Shown here: one piece after another, positions 52,736 through 64,000 of the stretch
Numbering within the stretch: the first letter of the stretch is position 1
Layout: every line of letters starts with the position of its first letter
Assembly: GCF_006345805.1 (NCBI RefSeq)
Contig: NC_043017.1
Span: 1,860,001-1,924,000, forward strand
Reading direction: 5' to 3'
Length of the DNA stretch: 64,000 nucleotides
Origin: Octopus sinensis
Taxonomy: Eukaryota
Made by a program: the position numbers and the translations under genes
The notes under the pieces: generated by a model
The model's database searches: none
The model's input: the letters and a program-made list of their open reading frames with translations, nothing else
Told to the model about the DNA's origin: nothing

Positions 52736-53194
52736 CACGTTGAAAATGTTATATCACTTGTGTGTATTCCAGCACCGAATGCATTACCTGTGGCAAATAT
52801 TTACAAGGAATTCTGAAACATGATATGTTAAAGTGATTTTCATAATGGCGTTAAGGGTATAGCATTATAGAACATGAATGCATAATTATAGAATATTGAA
52901 TGAAATTTAAGGAATATGTGATGCTAGAAATATCGAAGATAATTTGACTCCACGCCATTTTACAGAAACGCCTTATAAAACGCACTTTACGAAACAATGA
53001 AAAAAAAATCGCTAAATTACATTATTAATTGGACGATAATATGCGAGAATTATAATTTATAATTTTCCCAAATATGTTAAGAAGAAATAGAAAATAGTCC
53101 TAATGTCAAGTTTGATTAAATTAACGATTATAAAACCATAAACCACTTTAAAGAATCGCATATTTTAAATTATTTTGTTACTATCATATATGTA

Positions 53195-53262
<68 letters not shown>

Positions 53263-53746
53263 TTCATTTATGTAATTTTTGTAATTTAGAAAATACGTTG
53301 GCATATAACTATGATAAATGGATATGTTTAGTATGATGCCTTTCAATTAACATGCGAAAAAATTTGCCATTTCTAAGGATGTAAAGGGCATCATCTGAAG
53401 CAAATTGCTATATATCAAAGTGAATGTATCCAATTAAATTAGATAATGCACAATATACTCAAATATGAGTATTTGATTATAAAGCTTTTAGCTAAAAAAA
53501 AAAAAAAGAGAGAGAGAGAGAGAGAGAAAGAAAGGAATGAATATTATTGAAATAATTGCTTTGAGAGTAATGAAATGAAATAATTTAAATAAAATCATCG
53601 AATGACGTAAAATTTCGACAAATTTATTCTAAATTTATAGTAGTTTCATTGAAGAAAATTGTGAACGTATCTAATGCAACGTATCTACTGAATATATCAA
53701 TGCTCACACAATACAGAGCAAGAGCGAACAGGTGTGTGTGTGTGTG

Positions 53747-53785
<39 letters not shown>

Positions 53786-54204
53786 GCATGTTTACAGACA
53801 TACGTGCTTGCTCGATGTTGATTTAATAACTGGATAAGCAGACGTCCAAAATACTATTCCAAGCAGAAACTCTTACATTTTTATCTATATACAAAGTACG
53901 ATTTATCAATATCTTTCGTCGTTTCTGTGCCTGTTCTTATAGCGGATGCTGTCCACCAAATCAGGTACAGCATTCACAACACAAACGTAAATAAATATAT
54001 TTGCATATTGGAAAGCTTGTTTGTAGAACCAGCAACTGGTACTAATTTACCAAACACGCGCATCCACAGACACACACAGTTATACACGCATACATATATA
54101 TGCTTGTGTCTCTGTCTGGATTACACAATAATTACAACTGTATAATTATATACATGCATTCACATAGATGTAAATTTGTACATACACACACTGATGTGTA
54201 CTAC

Positions 54205-54244
<40 letters not shown>

Positions 54245-54989
54245 ATTATACATATACACTTTACATATATATATATATAACTGTTGGTGTTGTTGTTGTT
54301 GTTGTTGATGATGATGATGATGATGTTATTTTTCTATCTTTCTAATGAACGCCTTAAAAGATGGTAAACATCCACAAATGTCCACTGAGTTAATTAGAGT
54401 AAACTGAAATAGCTAATTAAAGCTATAATGAGGTAAAAGCTGTAATTGTCCACCATCTTAACTAACAGTTCCACAACAGGCAGAAGGGACATGTCGGTTT
54501 CTTTTTTTTTTTTTCGTTTCTTCTTTACTTTCACTGTTGATATTTCTGTTGTTGTTATTATTGGTGTTTTTATTTTTGCATTTGTTATTGTTGTTATTGT
54601 TTTTATTATTGATATCACTATTAGTAGTAGTATTAATACAATATTATTAATGGTTGTTATTTTTCACATGGCATTCCATTTTACGTTGTTTTCTATTATT
54701 CTTGGTTTTTGTTTCATATTATACTTTTGCTTTATTTTTGTTTATTTTGCTACCACCAGAAACAGTCTTTGCAACAAATACAAACATAATTATATATTCA
54801 TGATTTTCTTCAACACACACACACACACACACAAAAAAAACAACAAAAAAATGAAACGCCAAGCTTCATCACACTGTACACACACACTCTGTTGTAGGAT
54901 CGGCTTACGCACAGACAGACACACGCACAATGGCATAACTCAAATAACACAAGATGCATTCACTCCTACAAACACAATGTTATAAACAC

Positions 54990-55149
54990 TGGCTCGCGTA
55001 TACATATATATGCCTGTGTGTGTGCATACACACATTATATATGTATATATGTGTATGTATATTATATATATATATATTATTATATATATATATATATATT
55101 ATATATATTCATATATATATATGATATAATATATGCATATATGTATAAG

Positions 55150-55186
<37 letters not shown>

Positions 55187-55242
55187 TCATATTTATAATA
55201 TTTATATATATACATCATATATGTATATATATATGTATATAG

Positions 55243-55298
<56 letters not shown>

Positions 55299-55726
55299 CA
55301 TGATGGATATTCCATAACCGAGTAACATCTAATTATACAGTCACAGTCCCGAAATCACACGCTCACACACAAGGACGCGTAGATGCACACAGCCGCAAGC
55401 AAACACACACACACACACGCACACACATACACCAGGACACACAGACACACACACACATGGCACACAAACACACATATACGATAGAGAGTGAGCGTGTACC
55501 TGTGTGAACATATATCAACCTATATCCATCTTCCTTGCACTCTCAATGCATATATACATACACACACACACATACTCACACATGTATATTCACAAACACT
55601 TGCAAACGTATCTACGACCAGGTTTACATACACAGAAGTAATTACACTTCCCTTTACTCGTATAATTATGCACTCACTTTCACCCGCATTCATGTAGATA
55701 TGTTTATTTTCTCACGTATGTACATA

Positions 55727-55770
<44 letters not shown>

Positions 55771-55903
55771 ATTATATTATATATATATATATATGTATAT
55801 AGGTATATATATATATGTATATTATATATATATATAAATATATATATATTATATATATATATATATCTAAATATATTATGTATGATATATAGATATATAT
55901 ATA

Positions 55904-55950
<47 letters not shown>

Positions 55951-56023
55951 TATTATGTATATTGATAGATAGATAGATAGAAGAGGTAGATACATAAATA
56001 GAGATATATAGTATATGTATATG

Positions 56024-56061
<38 letters not shown>

Positions 56062-56095
56062 GATATTATATATATATATATATATATATATGTTG
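54990..56095. repeat. Large degenerate (TA)n/(CA)n/(TAGA)n microsatellite cluster
   Basis: Direct inspection. Similar clusters lie at ~23320-23620, ~38930-39260, ~43760-44375 and ~44980-45400. Confidence 0.95.
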
Positions 56096-57638
56096 TGGGT
56101 GTGTGTGTGTGAATACCTACGTGGAAACATGCGAAAAGAATAACCAACAAGACAATAATTACAAAAGAATAGCACTGTTGCCACATACAAACATTAAAGT
56201 ATAATATATTTACATATATTTACATATATTCATTGACATATTTCAGGGACATCTGAATAGAGACACACACTTACGTATATACACAATGAAATAAATATAT
56301 ATACACTCACAAATACATTTAGAGGTAGTCAATCGACTTGGTGCCCACACACACACACCTACGGACACACGGACGTACACATGCACGCATACATATATAT
56401 GCATACATACATATATTTATATATAATATAATATAATATATATATATGTGTCTACACGCGTGCGCGTTTAGGTATCCTCCTAATTACACTTATACACATG
56501 TTTTACCCCCAGCCACCAGCCTCCACACATAGACATCACCAATATAATTATCTCCTTTACAATATATCCTATTCTTCTCGCCATCACTTTTCCTTACAGC
56601 CTGTCTTATCCCATTATAAACTTCCGCTACGATTTCCCCAATTATTTTCAACGCCATATACATTCCTCTACATACACAAGAACACACGTGCCCATATACA
56701 GCACATTCACCAGTACATATATACACACACAAATCTACATGCTTATAATATAAACACATATGAATGTGCGTGCATGTATATGTGTGTGTGTGTGTGTGTA
56801 TGCATTATGTTGATATATCTTTATATATATATATATATATCTATATATATATATATATATATATATAGATATTATATATATATATATATATATATAACAT
56901 ATAGTATATATATATGTATATATGTATGCATCTATGTATGTATTATGTATACGTAAATATATAAATATACTATATACTAATGCTCTAAGCTTTTTCGTTT
57001 TCTTTTTCGACTTTATTGGGTTGTCTTCATAATCGCTCGGCGCAAAAGAAATACTTCCCTCACAACTCTAAAGCATTCGTTACAATAATTACTATAACCT
57101 TTCATTTCTGTAAGTGGATTTCAACAACTTTCTTCACCATATTTCTGCAGAAATCCACTAACTTTGTTTCGATAAATTTCAGAGATGGTGAAAAATTTAG
57201 AAAAAATATATTTGTAATTATTTTACTGATGTTTGGAACATAAATTAACCTGAAATTTAATCGAATGTTTTTCATTCATATTATTTCAAGCTGAAATTTC
57301 ATATTTTAAAACCAAACCCCGTCTCAGTCGAAATGAATCAAGTTCCCTTTAACAAAAATAACGTCATTTCTCTTTTTCATGTATGTATATATTGCGATCG
57401 TTTCTCTAAATTGCGATACTATGGTTGGTGTTAAACGATAACTTATTTGTATGGTTCCCTTTGCGAAGACTTTGATTATGGCATGTACATAAACCGGATT
57501 GGATTGCTTCTGACATGTACATAAACTGGAACGGATTGCTTACTGCTAAAACTGTTATACTGTCTGGAAGATAATACTAAATATATTATCCATAATAAAT
57601 CATCTTACTTTATAGCTATATGTATATCTATCTATCTA

Positions 57639-57675
<37 letters not shown>

Positions 57676-57996
57676 AAAGCTGCGCTTGCGCGGCGAATTT
57701 GAAAGATTATAACGTATAAGCATGAGGCTCAGGCTGGATTTACCTCGTACTTATATGTTTGATATAGGCGCACCTGTTGATGAAGACATCGCCTAGCAAA
57801 TCATTTTATTTGCTAAAAAAGAGTCGGTAACCATGGTCCAGGAAATAGATGGTAAATCTTTTTATTTTTCATTCACTTCGAGTTTTCTCTCCCTAAAAGT
57901 GGTTTGGACATTAGCTGTTCATTCTAGCGTGAAAGGAATCCTATGAAGGATACCTCTTATGTGTTTAAATGTACACTGTATATATATATATATATA

Positions 57997-58159
57997 GGCG
58001 CAGGAGTGGATGTGTGATAAGTAGCTTACTTACCAACCACATGGTTCCGGGTTCATTCCCACTGCATGGCACCTTGGGCAAGTGGCTTCTACTATAGTTT
58101 CGGACCGACCCAAGTCTTGTGAGTGGACTTGGTAGACAGAAACTGAAAGAAGCTTGTCG

Positions 58160-58217
<58 letters not shown>

Positions 58218-58408
58218 TATGTGGTGTGTGTGTGGTGTGCATATATTGTGTGTATGAGTTTGTCCCAAACATCGCTTGATAACGATGAGGTGTGGGGTGT
58301 TTTATATCCCTGTAACTTAGTGGTTCGCACAAAGAAACTGATAGAATAAGTACTAGGCTTACAAAGAAGAAGTCCTGGTGTTGAAACAAGTAAAATAGTA
58401 AAAGGGTA
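57997..58408 (+). mobile_element. SINE family B, near full length with a deletion before the tail
   Basis: Head GGCGCAGGAGTGGATGTGTG..., ~100-nt internal (TA)n/(TG)n tract. AAGTCCTGGTG is joined directly to TTGAAACAAGTAAAA. Confidence 0.88.
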
Positions 58409-58787
58409 TTGGTATTTGAAGATATTTTTATGTAATTTTGGTAAATATATCCGTGAAGATGAGATGACAGTATTATTTTCATTTTTGCGTAATAGAGATA
58501 ACAGTTTATTCACAGTACCCTGCATTTATACCGATAAAGCACATACGTAACAGCAATGGAAGGCATGAATATTATTGTAGTAGAGGAATATGTTTATTAT
58601 AAAACTCAAACAGGTAACATTCGCATCAGAGATTCCTTTTGGCAGCGGATGAGTTTATATTCGATATCCAGACACTGTAATAACCTCACTGACGAGCCAT
58701 GGGTGGGAATCGGGTGCAAGAATATCCGCTATCACAAGGAAAACTCTGAGTAGAGGATGTGAAAGTTACTTGCTTTAATCCATAAAA

Positions 58788-58820
<33 letters not shown>

Positions 58821-58821
58821 A

Positions 58822-58861
<40 letters not shown>

Positions 58862-59148
58862 ATATCTATCTATCTATCTATCTATTATCTATCTATCTAT
58901 ATATATATAATATATAATATATATATATATATTTATACACCACACATATATATATATATTAATATATATATATATATATATACAGACACAAATATATAAA
59001 TATATATATATATAGGTATGTATATGTGCAGGTACAGACACATATAACTAGATACGTATATGTGTGTGTGTGTGTCTATATATATATATACGTACGATAA
59101 AATTCTTAAATATCTTTACGATATATAGCTGGCCATTGATATATATAT

Positions 59149-59190
<42 letters not shown>

Positions 59191-59198
59191 CATACATA

Positions 59199-60475
59199 CA
59201 GGGATTTGGCAAAATAATGGAAACACCTTAAAATTTCAAACAAATTTATTTTAATATGGGGTAGGACCGCCTTTAGCAGTAATTACAGCTTGAATTCTAC
59301 GAGGTATGGACTCGTACAAAGTTTGAATTGTTTCCAAAGGACTTTTTGTCTATTCTTCAGCTAAAACAGTCTCTAGTTCTTGTAGTGAAGATGGTGGAGG
59401 ATATTGACACCTTACTTGTTTTTCTAACATGCACCATAAATGTTCAATAATATTGAGATCTGGAGATTGTGGTGGCCAGATAAGATGTTCAACTTCACTA
59501 GAATGTTCCTCGTGCCATTCAGTAACAACTTTAGCTGTGTGAATTGGTGCATTTTCATCCTGAAATATTGCATTTCTCTCTGGAAACAGTTCCACAACCA
59601 CAGGATGAATTTGATCAGAAAAAATGCATAGTCTTGACTATTAATTCTGCCTTCATGGCAGAATTAATTGGGCCGGCGGATTTCTAAGATATGCCCCCCC
59701 CCCCCAGATCATCACTGATCCTCCTCCATGTTTAACAGTTGGAAGAAGGAAGTCTAGGTCAAAAGCTTCTTTTGACTGTTTCCACACGTATATTCGGCTG
59801 GTGGCCGGAAATAAGGTAAAGGATGACAAATCCGAGAAAGTAACATTCTTCCACTGCTCTAGGGACCAATTCTGTAGGATATTACTATACTCCAATCGTT
59901 TTGCAACGTTTGGCTTTGAAAGAAGGGGTTTTCTGATTGCAGCCCTCCCGTGGAATCCGGCTTTGTGCACCTCCCGGCGAACAGATTTTGTGAAAACTGG
60001 GTTCTCGATGTGGCCATTAAGCTCTGCAGTAATTTTGGGAGCTGTACTTTTGTGATCCTTTCTTACGTTTCGCGTAAGAGTCCGACGGTCCCTAACTGAA
60101 AGTTTTGGTTTTCTTCCGGAGTTTTGTTTCTACGAGGAGGTTTTTCCCTTATTGTCAAAGGCTGGAATTACTTTCGAGACATTACTTCTCGATACACCAA
60201 ACATTTCATCTGTTTTTGTTACGCTAGCACCTGCCATACGAGCACCAACAATTTGACCTCTTAAAAAGTCCGATAGATCTGCCATTTTAATGAATTTTAA
60301 TTACCTTTTTCTGATGATACCTGAAAAGAAACAGCAATTTTAGCAAAACATATTAAATAACAGTAATAATAAATCAAATAAACATAAAAATAAACAAGCT
60401 TTTGACGGTTTTATAGATATTTCAATTTTATGATTTCATGATCCTAGGTGTTTCCATCATTTTGTACAACCCCTG
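59199..60475 (-). mobile_element. Full-length Tc1/mariner-superfamily DNA transposon (Tc1-like, DD36E spacing), inactive copy
   Basis: 30-bp TIRs at 59199-59228 (CAGGGATTTGGCAAAATAATGGAAACACCT) and 60446-60475 (reverse complement CAGGGGTTGTACAAAATGATGGAAACACCT), 25/30 identical. TA dinucleotides flank both ends (59197-98, 60476-77). Length 1277 bp, with a transposase relic inside. Confidence 0.95.
59251..60285 (-). pseudogene. Tc1-type transposase pseudogene (~345 codons)
   Basis: Manual translation from ATG 60285: MADLSDFLRGQIVGARMAGASVTK...SS*KQNSGRKPKL (HTH plus GRPR-like linker)...HKAGFHGRAAIRKPLL...VTFSDLSSF...TVKHGGGSVMIWG, then frameshifts around the C-run at ~59695-59705, then FQDENAPIH...WPPQSPDLNIIEHLW...EE*TKSPLETIQTLYESIPRRIQAVITAKGGPTPY* ending at 59251. 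In-frame stops at 60130-32 and 59350-52. Confidence 0.93.
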
Positions 60476-60829
60476 TATACACACACACACACTCACACAA
60501 ACACACACACAAACACACACACACACGTGCATGTTTACGCGTGTATGTGAGTATATATTTTGTTATTCCCTAACCTACATTCTAAACTGTTTGACATATT
60601 TTAATATTCCGGCAAACTAAATACATTAATACTTAAATAGACGCAATTAAATTACCTGCTTACTATGTATAGAAACTGATAAATATGCAATAATAAACGA
60701 TGCTTTATAGTCTTATACATGTTTATACATGTATCTGTCTGTGTGTCAGTATGTCTTCTGTCTTTTCTCTCTCCGCTCTCTCTCTCTCTCTTTGTATATA
60801 TGTATATACAATATATAACTTCATAGTAT

Positions 60830-60883
<54 letters not shown>

Positions 60884-61692
60884 GAGAGGGGAGGGAGAAG
60901 AGGGAGAGAGACATATATATATATATATATATCTATATATATATATATATATATATAATATGTATGTATGTATGTATATGGAAAGAGACACTCGCTCGGT
61001 TTCACATACAACATCCATCAACAGTTTTTTCAGAAGATAAATGCCTCAGTAATTAGACTATCGACAGCGTGCATACGTTAAACAAGATGCATATATGTGT
61101 GTGTGTATGTTTGTGTGTGTGTGTATGTATGTACGAATGCATGTATATGCATATGCATATGTGTGTATGTGTATCGGTATGTGTCCGTGCAAATCCTGTC
61201 ACATCAGCAACTCATGAATAAGAGAGAGGCCAGTCGTCTTCTTCTTGTTGTCAGTACCGTGCTTATGTTTGTCACTTGGCCTAATGCAGTCTAATGTCGT
61301 TTCGTTTACGTTCCTTGATCTTTTGCAGCCTGACAATCTTTACGGAACACTGTATTTTTTTTCTTTTTTCTATATATGGAGCCCACATCTATATATAATT
61401 GTTAAAGAGGACAACAAACACTATGGCAAGGCAAACATCTCAAAGCGTATTCAATATTATTTTTCCAATAATAAAACTGAATACGACTTGAGATGTTTGC
61501 CTTGCCTTAATGTGTGTTGTCCTCTTTAACAATTATATATCCACTTCATTGGAAATTTGCGAGGGATCCGTAACTACCGTCTCGGCTATAAACTTGGAGA
61601 CCTAGTAATCTGTTACAGCACTTACCTAGCGTACCTAATCGTTTAGATCGCGTACGAACTAAACCCCCTTACTTTGTATATATATATATATA

Positions 61693-61858
61693 TACGACGG
61701 GCTTCTTTCCGTTTCCATCTACGAAATCCACTCACAAGCCTTTGATCGGCCCGAGGCTTTGTAGAAGACACTTGCCCAAGGTACCATGCAGTGGAACTGA
61801 ACCTGGAACCATGTGGTCAGGAAGCGCAAGCTTCTTACCACACAGCCACTCCTGCGCC
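61693..61858 (-). mobile_element. SINE family B, 5' half
   Basis: Reverse complement of the head through GAAAGAAGCCCGTCGTA, ending in (TA)n. Confidence 0.88.
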
Positions 61859-63138
61859 TATCCGCACAGTTCTATACTGGTACTACTTTTTGCTGTTTGC
61901 AATTGGATTTCGGGCTTGGTGACGCAAGTCTTTGATCCGTAACATTCATCCGAGACTTTCATCGTCCTTTAGTAAGCACAGAGCACTCACACTCACATTA
62001 TACAAAATGTCATTGTTTAAGATGGCCTCGTCTAGTTTCGTAGAAATGTCCTCCTCTCACTTATAAATCGTTTCTTCTCTGCAGTGGCAGCATTGTTAAA
62101 CAAACGAATGTTTCATAATCTTGTAGTTTTGATTCTAACATCTTTTAAAATTCGAGCTTCCTATTCTGTGAAAACGAATAAATCTGTGAGTCTCGCCGAA
62201 TCCATTATGCGACTATTCATCATCCGTAAATCTGCAGGGAATACTATACCGGTAGAATCTAACAGTTCAATTAATTGGCTTCAGTTTTCTTTAACATAGT
62301 AATAAATATGCATGCAAAAGTCATGTATAATATATAATGATGCTCCATGTTCATTAATAATTGCTATGTGCCCTGGCCATTGAAATCAATTTTAATATAG
62401 TTAAGTGCTAACATATTTAAGTTCACGATAAGAAAAAAATGAACAGAAATACGTTTCAGAGACGAGAATATAGACTTAATTAAATCTGGTTAATAAAAAT
62501 TGAAGAAAACTCCGAATGTTAATTAATCAAAATATGATGCTTCTGTACAGATATTAATTTAATCTAATCCGAGTATTCATGGCTCATGGCTCTAAATCCC
62601 AGCAAGTATCGTTCTTGTTAATGCAATTTCAATCAATTTAATTTTTTCGCTTTACATTATGTTGCTCATTACGTTAAGTGTGCTAGCACTTACTTAACTA
62701 TTATTGTTTCAGGCAGATAGTGTTCCAAGGAAATATCACATCATCTTTATGTTAGTTAGTCGAAAGACATCGTGAACATCTCTTTGTACTTGATAAGATC
62801 TTCTAAATGCTATGCTTGGCTGAGGAGGTTAAATTTGATAGAAACATACCTGGAATTTCCAGCCAGCTGAATAAATATGAGAATGAATTCATATTAGTTT
62901 AATATTTACACTTTTTGCAGCAATGCATGTGTAACTTAAAATTTAATTAATTAAAATATTGGTGTTACCACGACCGCATTTGCTTAACTTTTCGCCCTAT
63001 GTTTATCTGCTTTTAACTGGATTATAATTTTATTAAATTTAATTTAATTTGCTCCCAACATTATATATTATCAATTACTGAATTACTGGGTAACAGAATT
63101 ATAGAACCTTTTCTTAGTTTCCTGCAGACATAACAGAT

Positions 63139-63410
63139 GCTTCAAATTTTGCCATAAGGCCAGTGATTTCGTATGAAAGATAGTAATTCGATTACATAGA
63201 CCCTCCACCAGTGCTTAATAGGCACTTATTTTATCGGCCTCGAGGGAATGGAAAGCAAAGTTGACCTCGATGGAATTTCAACTCAGAACCTAAAGACGGA
63301 CGAGTTCCTGAGAACTACGTTAAGTTTACACGTGTCTGGGAAGTGCTCAACCACTTGCAAGTTAATTTCACGGGCAAGCTATTCCGTTGATCGTAACCAA
63401 CTGAGTGCTT
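63139..63410. mobile_element. Diverged SINE family A fragment (-) abutting a family E 3' fragment (+)
   Basis: 63139-63306 resembles the reverse complement of the family A B-box and central domain. 63307-63410 contains CCACTTGCAAGTTAATTTCACGGGCAAGCT. Confidence 0.65.
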
Positions 63411-63414
63411 CTCT

Positions 63415-63511
63415 ATACATACATACATCATACATACATATATACATATATATATACACACACACATGTTTTCTGTGTGTGTATGTGTACAATGTATACG
63501 TACATACATAC

Positions 63512-63542
<31 letters not shown>

Positions 63543-63680
63543 CATGCATACATACACACATACATACATACATACATACATACATACATACATACATACA
63601 TGCATACATACATACATACATACATACATACATGCATACATACATACATACATACATACATACATACATACATACATACA

Positions 63681-63710
<30 letters not shown>
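63415..63710. repeat. (ACAT)n microsatellite
   Basis: Direct inspection. Confidence 0.98.
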
Positions 63711-63711
<1 letters not shown>

Positions 63712-64000
63712 GGTGTGTATTAATTGGTAGGAGCAACAAAAGAATGCTCAGTTCAGTGAGAGTCACTTATTTAACGAATGCTGAAATTTTTAGGTGACTT
63801 ACTTCAATTTTCATGACCAAATACAGCAATATTCAGTCGCACTGGCTGGAACTCCAGAGCAATGATGCATCGCGATGAATTTCTGTGGCCGAAGTGCAGG
63901 ACAATCTCTTCAGCGGGTTACACACACAATTAAACATACATTAGACTTTAGCCCATCACAAGTCATAAATTCAGCATTAAATATACACTTACTACATAAG

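Noticed and set aside
57482-57545. 2 x 32-bp direct tandem repeat
   Set aside because: An ordinary local duplication with no further structure.

Overview
Eukaryotic, AT-rich, extremely microsatellite-dense non-coding DNA. The SINE families and repeat landscape look like a coleoid cephalopod, most likely Octopus; this is inferred from pattern recognition, not from a database search. I could not confidently identify any host protein-coding exon: almost all ORF-track entries are translations of (TA)n, (CA)n, (TAGA)n, (ACAT)n or trinucleotide repeats. Supported content: (i) one full-length but pseudogenised Tc1-type DNA transposon (59199-60475, TA-flanked, 30-bp TIRs) whose catalytic spacing is 36 residues (DD36E, Incomer-like); (ii) two older mariner-type transposase relics; (iii) about 25 copies or fragments of at least five tRNA-derived SINE families, including recurrent dimers with an identical junction, fold-back fusions, and a 10 x 25-bp minisatellite built from the SINE A-box; (iv) several hammerhead-ribozyme-core-like motifs of the kind carried by Penelope-like elements, the best at 27295-27346 inside a strongly base-paired ~150-nt segment; (v) one 100-N assembly gap. 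No rRNA, genuine tRNA gene or CRISPR array was seen.
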